From Hellea sp. (GTDB taxonomy: Bacteria > Pseudomonadota > Alphaproteobacteria > Caulobacterales > Maricaulaceae), in assembly GCA_023300105.1 (NCBI GenBank), contig JALZWM010000063.1, positions 6,101-70,100 of the forward strand: a DNA stretch of 64,000 nucleotides, read 5' to 3'. Positions 8,360-17,894 of the stretch are shown here, piece after piece (position 1 is the stretch's first letter; each line of letters begins with the position of its first letter). A model generated the notes under the pieces. It worked only from the letters and a program-made list of their open reading frames with translations, made no database searches and was not told the origin of the DNA. A program made the translations under genes and the position numbers.

Positions 8360-9331
8360 TTGCGTATGAAAGTCCAAGATTTCTATCCGCCGAAGAATTT
8401 TTCTGCGCAAGTTCAGTCCTTGCGTAGCTTTATTCATGAGGCTCTAGGTTGGAATTACGAAGCCTCTTTATCTGCGCCCGATATCTTATTGCCGTTGCGT
8501 ACAGTTGGAATCGTCACCAGTATGTCTGGACGGTTTGATTTTAGAGGCCGGGTTCACGGCCATGCTTTCGCTAATCAAGGGTTTGAACTTGTTGATATTA
8601 CAGCGGGTGAGGTCGCGAAAGCTGCTTTACCGAAAGAGCTGCTCCAAAACCAAATTCAACAGGCGCTTGAACACGATATATCGGATTTTGATGCCACCCA
8701 TAGCTTGCGCCGTGGTTTTCAAGGGGTTGTTATGAGCCTACCGCATCATAGTGCCTTTATGGGGCGTACGATAATACGCAGAGACTTAGGGAAATTAAAC
8801 CCGCCCGTTGTGCAAGATTTGAAACGCGTTGGTTTTGTGAGCTCTGAATTTGAAAAGCTTTTTGAAGTTTATAGTGATGACCAAGTCGAAGCGAGATTTC
8901 TCATTACACCTGATTTTATGGAACGCTTGATTGCTTTTTCAGATGATTACATGGGCCGTAATGTTCAATGTGCCTTCATGGGGAATAAGTTCCATGTGAC
9001 GGTAGATATAGATGATCGTTTTGATTTCTCACGAGATTTAAACTCAACGACATACCAAGATGCATCAGCGTCGATACTCAACGAAATTGGTGGTATATTT
9101 TATTTGCTCGAAAAAATGCAAACCCTTCAATCCCGAGTCGGTGCAAAAGGCGCATCTGCGACAGATGTTGAACGTGGGGCCTATTACAAAGGGGTGATGG
9201 AAGCACTCATACCCGCTGTGAAAGAGGCATCTAATAAATTTGATCCCTTAAATAAGCGCTTCAAAGGTATAGAAAATGCCTTGCCGCTTTTCTGTGAAAG
9301 TCTACATGGACTGCTCTTGCCTCGGTTCTAG
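8360..9331 (+). CDS. DUF3137-like protein
   Basis: FQGVVMSL...F.GRTII.RD...LKRV...SSEFEKLFEVYSDDQVEARFLITPDFMERL pattern. Confidence 0.7.
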   Translation: MRMKVQDFYPPKNFSAQVQSLRSFIHEALGWNYEASLSAPDILLPLRTVGIVTSMSGRFDFRGRVHGHAFANQGFELVDITAGEVAKAALPKELLQNQIQQALEHDISDFDATHSLRRGFQGVVMSLPHHSAFMGRTIIRRDLGKLNPPVVQDLKRVGFVSSEFEKLFEVYSDDQVEARFLITPDFMERLIAFSDDYMGRNVQCAFMGNKFHVTVDIDDRFDFSRDLNSTTYQDASASILNEIGGIFYLLEKMQTLQSRVGAKGASATDVERGAYYKGVMEALIPAVKEASNKFDPLNKRFKGIENALPLFCESLHGLLLPRF

Positions 9332-9351
9332 TCAATTGAGGGCAATTCAAG

Positions 9352-10152
9352 CTAGTCCGTCAAGGCTATGACGTAGCTATCGTCGAGACGATCTGTTTTT
9401 TCAAAGAGCTGTGTTATTGTAGCGAATGTTGTCGTGAACACTTTCTTCCCATGGTCTTTCAGGATGAGCCGTTCGTCAACTTTTGGGCCGTAGTAACGCT
9501 TTACAGCAGAGACTTTTAACTCCGTCGGAATAATTGTGTCTTCCAATTTTTTACGCAGCACTTCGCGGTCTGTGGTTTCCCATATGGCCGCGCCGAAGAC
9601 ATAGAGCATAAACTCGTTACAATTCTGCCAGCGTAAATCAAACGGGTTAGAGATGAGCGAATAAACAGGGTGGTGCATGGCGCTATATTCAGGGGTTTCC
9701 AGAAAGCTATGTAAGATATTCTGTGTGGCGGCATCAGGTATCAATATCCCCGCATCACGCTCTTGCAACGTACGCAGAAAATCAGCGGATGTATCTGTGA
9801 CGAGGGAAGAACTATTACGATCTTTCTCGCCGTGATAGAGATTGTAAACATCATATTCGCCTGCCGCATTGCGCCGAAAAAAGGCGCTATGCGTAAACAT
9901 GACGCCTTCGGGTAGTTTATCGCGGGGCTGACCTGCGCGCGAAATAACGGCGAACTTAACATCTTTTTCTTTGAGTTCATTGAGAATCTGCTGACCGTAA
10001 CTCTCGAGCGTTTCGCGGGGGAAGAAGGCGTCACCACCCGCTGTCGAGGCATTAAAGCCCTGATAGACTTGGCGTAGATGCCAGCCATATCCAAAAACAG
10101 CGATGATTAAGCTCAGTAGACCTGCGGTTATAAACTTTGAAGTACGTCTCAT
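9352..10152 (-). CDS. DUF2145-like exported protein
   Basis: N-terminal hydrophobic segment, FAVISRAGQ, FTHSAF, YSLISNPFDLRWQNCNEF; overlaps the xth stop by 4 bp. Confidence 0.7.
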   Translation of the reverse strand: MRRTSKFITAGLLSLIIAVFGYGWHLRQVYQGFNASTAGGDAFFPRETLESYGQQILNELKEKDVKFAVISRAGQPRDKLPEGVMFTHSAFFRRNAAGEYDVYNLYHGEKDRNSSSLVTDTSADFLRTLQERDAGILIPDAATQNILHSFLETPEYSAMHHPVYSLISNPFDLRWQNCNEFMLYVFGAAIWETTDREVLRKKLEDTIIPTELKVSAVKRYYGPKVDERLILKDHGKKVFTTTFATITQLFEKTDRLDDSYVIALTD

Positions 10153-10949
10153 AAGTCAAAACTTCCTATAACGGGAACATGGTCAGAGGGCTTAACGCCG
10201 TCGCGCACATGTTTGTCGATGCGTATGGCCGTCAATTTATCGGCTGCTTGTGGCGAGCAGAGTAGGTGATCAATACGGATGCCCATATTATTTGGCCATG
10301 CCCCGCGCTGATAGTCCCAGAATGTATATTCGCCCGCGCGGCCATTAAGCTGCTCGAAGGTTTCCGTCAGGCCAAGATTGAGAATCGCGCGCCACTGCGC
10401 GTGTGTTTCAGCGCGGTAAGCGGCGTCGCCCTCCCAAGCTTTAGGGTCATAACAATCCTTGGCTTCGGGGATAACATTATAATCACCGGCTAGGACAAGT
10501 GGTTCTTCATGCTTTAAAATGGCGGCGGCATGGTCTTTCAAACGGCGCATCCAGTTAAGTTTGTATTTATATTTTTCCGTAAGATTGCCGTCTTCGTCTT
10601 TTACGGGGTTGCCATTGGGCAAATATATCGATGCGACCCTAACGGAGCCGTCTTTTCCAGCGACAACGGCTTCGATGTAGCGCGCTTGTTCGTCTGTATC
10701 GTCACCGGGTAAGCCGATGGTGACATCTTCAATGGGTGTTTTGGATAGAATAGCCACGCCATTATAACTTTTTTGGCCGTGTATAACGACATTATAGCCA
10801 AGAGCCTCTATCTCCGCGAGCGGGAAACCTTCATTGACTGTTTTGATTTCTTGTAGGCATGCCACATCTGGTTTTGCTTCGGATAACCAGGCGGTTACCG
10901 CGTGTAGACGGGCATTGATTGAGTTTACATTCCAAGTCGCTATTTCCAT
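10149..10949 (-). CDS. xth: Exodeoxyribonuclease III
   Basis: IATWNVNS, LQEIK, GQKSYNGVAILS, LAGDYN, RIDH, PSDHVPV. Confidence 0.97.
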   Translation of the reverse strand: MEIATWNVNSINARLHAVTAWLSEAKPDVACLQEIKTVNEGFPLAEIEALGYNVVIHGQKSYNGVAILSKTPIEDVTIGLPGDDTDEQARYIEAVVAGKDGSVRVASIYLPNGNPVKDEDGNLTEKYKYKLNWMRRLKDHAAAILKHEEPLVLAGDYNVIPEAKDCYDPKAWEGDAAYRAETHAQWRAILNLGLTETFEQLNGRAGEYTFWDYQRGAWPNNMGIRIDHLLCSPQAADKLTAIRIDKHVRDGVKPSDHVPVIGSFDL

Positions 10950-11201
10950 ACGGTGTCCTCTGTTAGGCGCACAGTAAAGTCAAGAACGAGACATGATTTA
11001 TAGGTGAATAGTCAGCTCGTATTGGTTAGTTTGAAATTGGTTAATGGGGCAGACCATTATTTGGAACACCAAAAGTGGGGACATTCGAAAACACTCTCCA
11101 CATTCGTTTATTCTGATTCATGTAATGTGAATTCTAAAATTTGCCATAGCATTCACACAATTCGCCCTGCATAGTAAATGAAACAATTTGGGAAATTAAA
11201 C

Positions 11202-13295
11202 ATGGCCGAAATACACGCACGTACCTGTCACCTTTGTGAAGCTAATTGTGGTGTGTTGATGACCGTCGAAGACGGTAAGGTTACCAAGGTTACGGGTAAC
11301 CCCGATCATGTTCTCTCCGAAGGCTATATTTGCCCCAAGGCAACGGCCATTCCTGATTTGCAAGAAGACCCAGACCGCCTGCGCATGCCTATGAAACGGG
11401 TAGGCGAGACATTCGGTCAGGAAAAATGGGAAGAAATAAGCTGGGAGCAAGCCTTCTCTGAAATTGCCGCAAAACACCAAATGATTGCGGCAGGGGAGAA
11501 AGTCGCGGCTATGTTTTTAGGCAACCCTAATGCTCATAATTACTCCAGTAGTTTCTCCATGCGCGGTCTTAACAAGGCTTGGGGCGCAAAGGGGATTTAC
11601 TCAGCCTCGACGCTAGATCAACTCCCGCATATGATAACCCAAAAATGGGTTTACGGGCATAATGCGCTCTATCCCGTGCCTGATATTGACCGCACTATGT
11701 TTATGCTTTGCGTAGGCGGTAACCCGCTGGCGTCAAATGGGTCTCTTTGGACGGTACCTAATGTCAAAAAACGTATTCAGCGCCTACAGGCTCGCGGAGG
11801 TAAATTTGTTGTTGTTGATCCGCGCAGAACCGAGACGGCTAAAATCGCCGATGGCCATCATTTTATTAAACCCGGTACGGATACGGCTTTATTCTTAGGC
11901 CTGTTACTTGCGCTTGATGAAGCGGGACTTGTTAATCCTGGTCGGCTTATGCCAATGCTTAAAGGGTGGGATGAGGCTTGGGCGGCGGTGCATCAATTTA
12001 AACTGGATAGCCTTGCTACTTACTGCGGCATCCCAGCCGATGATATCCGCGCCATAGCGACAGAGCTAGGAAATGGACAGCCTGCAATTGTTTATGGACG
12101 TATGGGAGTCTCTGTTGTGCGTTTTGGCACGCTTAATCATTACCTTATTCAGCTTTTAAATATCTCAACAGGTAACGTAGACCGCGAAGGGGGTGTTATG
12201 TTCCCCGACTCTATCATTGATCCCGTTGAGCGTAGCGGAACAGGCTCTTACGGGCGTTACCACCAACGATTATCTGGCCGTCCAGAGGTTTTAGGTGAGC
12301 TGCCAGCAGCTGAACTCGCGCCTGAGATAACAACTGAAGGCAAGGGCCAAATCGGGGCGCTATTGACGATTGCAAGTAATCCTGTGCTCTCAGCACCGGG
12401 CGGACGGCAGTTAGACGCTGCGCTAGAAACACTCGATCTTATGGTGTCCATTGATATGTATATCACTGAGACAACACGTCATGCGCATTATATTTTACCC
12501 CCATGCGGGCCCTTAGAAAAAGATCATTATCCGCTCTTTTTTACGCCATTGGCTATTCGTAATTATGCAGCCTATTCAAAGGCCACACTGCCTCAAACAG
12601 AGGGTAGTAAGTCAGACTGGGAAATCATGGCTGACCTAGAAGGGGCTATCCGTTTGGCTCAGGGGGAGAACGATATTCCTGAGAAGATAGATCCCCGCGA
12701 AATTTTAGACCAAATTATGAAAAGCTCGCCGCATAAAATCTCATTGGCTGAGGTTGAAGCTCACCCGAATGGGTATGATATGGGGCCGCTTAAGCCGAGA
12801 CTGCCTGAACGGTTGAAAACAGAAGACCAGTTAATTCATTGCGCGCCAGAACTGCCGCTTAGAGATTTGATGGCGTTTAAAAATGTTACGGATGAACGTA
12901 AGGATGGTGATTTTAGCTTGATTGGGCGCCGTCACATTCGCAGTAATAATAGCTGGCTGCATAATAGTCATCGTCTGCTTAAGGGGCCGAACCGTTGTAC
13001 ATTGATGATTCATCCCGATGACGCCAAAGGCTTAGGTCTCAAGACAGGCGATATGGCGACGGTGTCTAACCATGTCGGTACTGTCGATATTGAGACAGAA
13101 ATAACGACGGATATAATGCCAGGGGTTGTTTCTATTCCTCATGGATTCGGACACGGCCGCAAGGGCGTGAAGCTTTCGGTCGCCGCCGCTAATCCTGGTG
13201 TATCTATGAATGATTTAACCGACCCCGCTTTGGTCGATGACTTGTCAGGGAATGCGGTACTCAATGGAATACCTGTCAATATCGTCAAGACCTAA
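11202..13295 (+). CDS. Uncharacterised molybdopterin (Mo-bisPGD) oxidoreductase with 4Fe-4S site
   Basis: TCHLCEANCG...GYICPK Fe-S motif, VVDPRRTETA, LIGRRHIRSNNSWLHN, C-terminal molydopterin-binding domain. Start moved to ATG 11202. Confidence 0.88.
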   Translation: MAEIHARTCHLCEANCGVLMTVEDGKVTKVTGNPDHVLSEGYICPKATAIPDLQEDPDRLRMPMKRVGETFGQEKWEEISWEQAFSEIAAKHQMIAAGEKVAAMFLGNPNAHNYSSSFSMRGLNKAWGAKGIYSASTLDQLPHMITQKWVYGHNALYPVPDIDRTMFMLCVGGNPLASNGSLWTVPNVKKRIQRLQARGGKFVVVDPRRTETAKIADGHHFIKPGTDTALFLGLLLALDEAGLVNPGRLMPMLKGWDEAWAAVHQFKLDSLATYCGIPADDIRAIATELGNGQPAIVYGRMGVSVVRFGTLNHYLIQLLNISTGNVDREGGVMFPDSIIDPVERSGTGSYGRYHQRLSGRPEVLGELPAAELAPEITTEGKGQIGALLTIASNPVLSAPGGRQLDAALETLDLMVSIDMYITETTRHAHYILPPCGPLEKDHYPLFFTPLAIRNYAAYSKATLPQTEGSKSDWEIMADLEGAIRLAQGENDIPEKIDPREILDQIMKSSPHKISLAEVEAHPNGYDMGPLKPRLPERLKTEDQLIHCAPELPLRDLMAFKNVTDERKDGDFSLIGRRHIRSNNSWLHNSHRLLKGPNRCTLMIHPDDAKGLGLKTGDMATVSNHVGTVDIETEITTDIMPGVVSIPHGFGHGRKGVKLSVAAANPGVSMNDLTDPALVDDLSGNAVLNGIPVNIVKT

Positions 13296-13300
13296 ACGCA

Positions 13301-14704
13301 ATGTCATCTACTACAACAGTTCTTATAACGCTCATCGCCTATAAGCTTCTGCTTTTAAGCGTCGGTTTCTGGGCCTCTAAGCGTGTGAAGACCGAGGGTG
13401 ACTTTTTCCTTGCAGGGCAAGGGCTTGGCGCTTGGACAGCTGGTCTATCCTATGCTGCCTCGACCTCAAGTGCTTGGGTTCTATTGGGGTTTACAGGCTT
13501 AGTATATTCTCAAGGCGTTGTTGGCCTTTGGTTGGTCCCCGGCATTTTTGGTGGCTACCTCTTAACGTGGTTAGTGATGGGGCCAAAGCTAAACGCTGAA
13601 ACATCTGAACGAAGTTACCTAACGGTTGTTGATTTTATAACAGGCGATTTAGAGGCTAAGTGGAAACGTATCATTGGTATTGTTTGCGCTTTGATGATTT
13701 TATTCTGCTTTGTGTTTTACATCAGTTCCCAGTTCCAAGCGGCAGGCAATGCCCTGACTGAAATATTTAATATGAATGCAGCTGAGGCGATAATACTTGG
13801 GGCGGCGGTCATTGTTATTTACTGCTTACTTGGCGGGTTTTGGGCGGCGTCTATCACAGATGCCCTGCAAGCGGTGGTGATGATGCTAGCGTGTATTCTC
13901 GTGCCAATAGCGACGGTCAATGCGGCAGGCGGCTTAGGGCAGGTGATGAGTCTGCTTCATACAAATGAGCCTGCATCATATTTTAGTTTCACAGGAAATG
14001 CCGTTGGGATGGCGGGGATAGGGGCTGCGATGGGCTTGTTCGGAACTGGACTTGGTGCTCTGGGACAACCACAATTGCTAAACCGTATCATGGCTGTGAA
14101 ATCAAACAGTGAGCGGCTTAAGGGGGCTAGGATAACAATTGGCTGGGGTATTATCATATATTCAGGGTTAGTTTGTTTGGCCTTTGCTGGCCGGGCATTG
14201 AAAGTTGATACGGGCGGTGAGAGTTTGTTTTTTGCTGCCGCGGAAGCTTATCTTCCAGCTGTCCTCGCAGGCATCGTTATTGCCGCTGTTTTATCTGCGG
14301 TTATGTCCACAGTGGATAGTCTTCTTCTTGCGGCCGCCTCTGCGGTATCTCATGACATGGGGATTACTTATACCGATCCGAAGATATCACTTTTGTTCGG
14401 ACGTATTGCTATGGTTAGCATAGCTATCATTGCGGTCTTAATGACGCTCTATATGCCTAAGGATATTTTCAGCCGAGTTTTGTTTTCATGGGTCGCTTTA
14501 GGGGCTGGTTTTGGCCCGACGATTTTGACCAAATGTTTGGGCTGGCGCGTTAAAGGCGCTTTCGTTCTAAGCGCTATTCTAGTTGGATTTTTTACAGCTG
14601 TTATATTCTCAAGCCTATCTGGGACTGGCGTTGATGTGATTGAGAAGTGGGGCTCTTGGAGTTTTGGACTTATAATATTATTCCTTGGACGCACGCGCGC
14701 ATAA
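13301..14704 (+). CDS. Sodium:solute (proline-like, SSS family) symporter
   Basis: FFLAGQGLG, LSYAASTSSAW, GQPQLLNRIMA, AVMSTVDSLLL; many TM segments. Confidence 0.88.
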   Translation: MSSTTTVLITLIAYKLLLLSVGFWASKRVKTEGDFFLAGQGLGAWTAGLSYAASTSSAWVLLGFTGLVYSQGVVGLWLVPGIFGGYLLTWLVMGPKLNAETSERSYLTVVDFITGDLEAKWKRIIGIVCALMILFCFVFYISSQFQAAGNALTEIFNMNAAEAIILGAAVIVIYCLLGGFWAASITDALQAVVMMLACILVPIATVNAAGGLGQVMSLLHTNEPASYFSFTGNAVGMAGIGAAMGLFGTGLGALGQPQLLNRIMAVKSNSERLKGARITIGWGIIIYSGLVCLAFAGRALKVDTGGESLFFAAAEAYLPAVLAGIVIAAVLSAVMSTVDSLLLAAASAVSHDMGITYTDPKISLLFGRIAMVSIAIIAVLMTLYMPKDIFSRVLFSWVALGAGFGPTILTKCLGWRVKGAFVLSAILVGFFTAVIFSSLSGTGVDVIEKWGSWSFGLIILFLGRTRA

Positions 14705-14741
14705 GTTTGCAGTTTTGGGTGATAAGGCTTACTTGATATCT

Positions 14742-16604
14742 ATGCCCGCGCCCGAGTCGATAACCCCTAAAGCTGAATATGGCCCCGCGTTAATCGCTGA
14801 TTTTGTATCGCGCTTGCCGCATAAGCCTGGCGTTTATCGTATGTTCGATGAAAATCAGAACGTCCTATACGTTGGCAAAGCTAAGGATTTGAGAAAGCGT
14901 GTAAGCGCCTATACCAAATATGAGCGCCATACAATTCGTATTCAGCGCATGATACGCGCTACCCATGATATGGAATTCGTAATTTGCGGATCAGAAACAG
15001 AGGCACTCTTACTCGAAGCTAGTCTTATCAAACGCCTTAAACCGCGGTATAATATTCTCCTTCGCGATGACAAAAGCTTTCCCTATATTCTTGTGCGTAA
15101 AACTCACCCTGCTGCTCGAATTATGAAACATCGCGGCGCGCGTAACATCAAAGGTGATTATTATGGTCCTTTTGCGAGCGCGCAGTCGGTCAACAGAACG
15201 CTTGATACGTTGCAACGTGCCTTTCGTCTTAGAAATTGCACGGACAGTAAATACGAATCGCGGACACGTCCCTGTATGCTGCATCAGATTAAACGCTGCG
15301 CGGCGCCGTGTACGGGTGAGGTCACGCTTGAGGAATACGGGTATCTTATTGGGGATGCGCAGGACTTCCTGACAGGAAAATCTGATAAGCTGCGCAAGCG
15401 GCTTCAGGGACAAATGGCGGAAGAATCTTCAAATTTGAATTTTGAAAAAGCTGCCGAATATAGAGACCGCCTTCAAGCTATGGCTCAAGTCAGTACCGTC
15501 AGCGGCGGTATAAACCCTGAAACATTTAGCGATGGTGATGTAATCGGAATACATTCAGATGGTGGGCAAAGTTGTATTCAAGTCTTTTTCTTTCGTTCTG
15601 GCCTTAACTGGGGCAACAGCTCTCACTTTCCGCGCCATTCGAAAGATGAGTCGCCTGCGCAAATCGTTGATGCATTTATGGCGCAATTTTATCTTAATAA
15701 ACCGATACCGAAAGAAATATTTGTCAGTGAAGATTTGCCTAACCATGAAATTTTAGAAAAAGGGTTATCGGAACGGGCGGCGAGCAATGTAAAAATTTCT
15801 AAGCCCCTGCGCGGTGAAAAAAAGATGTTGGTGACGCGAGCTGTCAAAAATGCACAAGAAGCCTTGGCGCGTAAACTGTCAGAAACAGCCTCCCAAGGAA
15901 GACTTCTCAAACAAGTTCAAGAGGCGCTGGAGTTAGAAGAGACGCCTAACCGTATTGAGGTTTACGATAATAGCCATATCCAAGGAACCAATGCGGTCGG
16001 GGCTTTTATTGTTGCGGGACCAGAAGGTTTGCAACGAAAGCAATATAGAACCTTTAATATTAAAGATGAAGATACTGAACCAGGCGATGACTATGGAATG
16101 ATGCGAGAAGTTTTTAGACGTCGTTTCACGCGTTTAATGAAGGATGATAGTTTGGAGTGGCCGGACGTTGTCTTAATAGATGGCGGCAAAGGGCAGTTGT
16201 CATCTGTCGTTGAAGCTCTAGACGAACTCGGCGTAACCAGCCGAACTACACTAGTGGCCATCGCGAAAGGTCCTGATCGAAATGCTGGCCGTGAAACCTT
16301 TTTTATGCCGGGGCGGACCCAGTTCACATTGCCGCCAAAAACACCTGCGCTTTACTATTTGCAGCGCCTACGAGATGAGGCTCATCGGTTTGCTATCGGA
16401 ACGCACCGTGCAAAGCGTAAAAAACAGATGAAAGCTAGTCCATTAGATGGTATCAGCGGCGTAGGGGCGAGCCGAAAGAAGGCCTTACTTGCACACTTTG
16501 GCTCGGGTAAAGCTGTAGGGACCGCAAGTGAAGTAGATTTGGCGAATGTAGAGGGTGTCAGTAAGAAGCTGGCAAAAAGTATATATGACTATTTTCACGA
16601 ATAA
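14742..16604 (+). CDS. uvrC: Excinuclease ABC subunit C
   Basis: PGVYRM..LYVGKAK.L..RV GIY-YIG domain, RIEVYDNSHIQG, LIDGGKGQL, LQRLRDEAHRFA, HhH tail. Start moved to ATG 14742. Confidence 0.98.
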   Translation: MPAPESITPKAEYGPALIADFVSRLPHKPGVYRMFDENQNVLYVGKAKDLRKRVSAYTKYERHTIRIQRMIRATHDMEFVICGSETEALLLEASLIKRLKPRYNILLRDDKSFPYILVRKTHPAARIMKHRGARNIKGDYYGPFASAQSVNRTLDTLQRAFRLRNCTDSKYESRTRPCMLHQIKRCAAPCTGEVTLEEYGYLIGDAQDFLTGKSDKLRKRLQGQMAEESSNLNFEKAAEYRDRLQAMAQVSTVSGGINPETFSDGDVIGIHSDGGQSCIQVFFFRSGLNWGNSSHFPRHSKDESPAQIVDAFMAQFYLNKPIPKEIFVSEDLPNHEILEKGLSERAASNVKISKPLRGEKKMLVTRAVKNAQEALARKLSETASQGRLLKQVQEALELEETPNRIEVYDNSHIQGTNAVGAFIVAGPEGLQRKQYRTFNIKDEDTEPGDDYGMMREVFRRRFTRLMKDDSLEWPDVVLIDGGKGQLSSVVEALDELGVTSRTTLVAIAKGPDRNAGRETFFMPGRTQFTLPPKTPALYYLQRLRDEAHRFAIGTHRAKRKKQMKASPLDGISGVGASRKKALLAHFGSGKAVGTASEVDLANVEGVSKKLAKSIYDYFHE

Positions 16605-17265
16605 GACGGGTGAAACATCTACTACGCCAACTGGCGGGGCATTTGCCGACGGTCTAACTTTGATGCGTTTCTTGCTTTCGCCCATCATAATGCTCGTTAT
16701 CATTCAAGGCTGGCCTAACTTAAGTATGGCTATTCTTGCGTCAGCGTTATTCATTATCGCCGCCATTACTGATTTCTTTGATGATTACTTTGGGGGTACA
16801 GAAATGGCAGTTTATCGTAAGTTCGGATGGTTTGATGATATCGCCGATATTACTCTTGTCGTCAGTACGCTTACAGCGATGCTTATTGTTACGCATAAGA
16901 GTGGTCTTTTAGCATGGACATTTTTGGTGCCCGCTGGAGTTATTATTTTAAGAGAAGCTCTGGTCGGTGTCGTTAAAGGTTATGAAATGACAAAAACGGG
17001 GTGGCCTGAAACACGTTATGGCGACCTGAAAAATGGGCTCGTTATGTTGGGAACATGTATATTGTTGGCGTCACCGTGGCTAACGACGTGGATCGAACGT
17101 TCTTTGGCTGGACCTGATAATGTTATGGAAATTTATGGGTCGACATCGCCTTACGTATGGTTGATTGGTGAGGTTATTTTATGGTGTGCTGCGATTGTTT
17201 CAGTCGCGACAGGCTTTAAAATATTGACGACCAAGACAATTGACTACAAAGAAAATGATAAATGA
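16585..17265 (+). CDS. Divergent CDP-alcohol phosphatidyltransferase family protein (PgsA paralogue)
   Basis: LTLMRFLLSP, TDFFDDYFGG-x8-FGWFDDIAD, GVIILREALV, GDLKNGLVM; PgsA-like layout with an altered signature. Confidence 0.75.
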   Translation: MTIFTNKTGETSTTPTGGAFADGLTLMRFLLSPIIMLVIIQGWPNLSMAILASALFIIAAITDFFDDYFGGTEMAVYRKFGWFDDIADITLVVSTLTAMLIVTHKSGLLAWTFLVPAGVIILREALVGVVKGYEMTKTGWPETRYGDLKNGLVMLGTCILLASPWLTTWIERSLAGPDNVMEIYGSTSPYVWLIGEVILWCAAIVSVATGFKILTTKTIDYKENDK

Positions 17266-17894
17266 TGCCTAATTCAACGAAGGAAAATCACATCAAACAT
17301 TCTTTATATTGGTTACCTAATGCGCTAACGGTATTTCGCATTTTGTCTATTCCGCTCATTATTTGGGGCGTATTGTCCATCGCAAATGGCTGGGGTGGAA
17401 TTCTATCGAAGGCATGGGTGCTTGGTGGATTTTTTACGTTAGCCTGTCTCACCGATTTTCTAGATGGCTACTACGCGCGCAAATGGAACCTCGTCACGAG
17501 CTTTGGCCGAATGATTGACCCTATCGCAGACAAATTACTTGTTGCGGGATGCCTTATTGCTTTTTCAATTATTTCCAACGGTCAGTGGGTTTTTCTCGTC
17601 CCTGCATTACTGATTATCGGGAGAGATATTCTTGTCTCTGGAGCGCGGGAACATGCGGCGCTTGAAGGCAAAATGATGCCGCCGACAAAGTTAGCAAAGT
17701 GGAAAACGGCTTGTGAAATGCTTGCTCTTGCAGCGCTGATATTCTGGGTGCTTGGAAAAGCATATCTGCCAATTGATGATGCCGTTCAAACGATAGCATC
17801 AACATCAAAGATGATTGGTTTGGTAGTGCTCTGGATAGCGGCTAGTTTGTCTGTTTATACAGGATCGCTCTATTTTCGCGCTGCACTTAAATAG
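17262..17894 (+). CDS. pgsA: CDP-diacylglycerol--glycerol-3-phosphate 3-phosphatidyltransferase
   Basis: LPNALTVFRI, canonical DFLDGYYAR-x8-GRMIDPIADK, IIGRDILVSGARE, AKWKT. Confidence 0.9.
   Translation: MMPNSTKENHIKHSLYWLPNALTVFRILSIPLIIWGVLSIANGWGGILSKAWVLGGFFTLACLTDFLDGYYARKWNLVTSFGRMIDPIADKLLVAGCLIAFSIISNGQWVFLVPALLIIGRDILVSGAREHAALEGKMMPPTKLAKWKTACEMLALAALIFWVLGKAYLPIDDAVQTIASTSKMIGLVVLWIAASLSVYTGSLYFRAALK

Noticed and set aside
11202-13295. Possible selenocysteine formate dehydrogenase
   Set aside because: No in-frame TGA, no FDH active-site motif, and no partner subunits.
14600-14741. LexA box upstream of uvrC
   Set aside because: No alphaproteobacterial GTTC-N7-GTTC or GAAC-N7-GAAC motif was seen.
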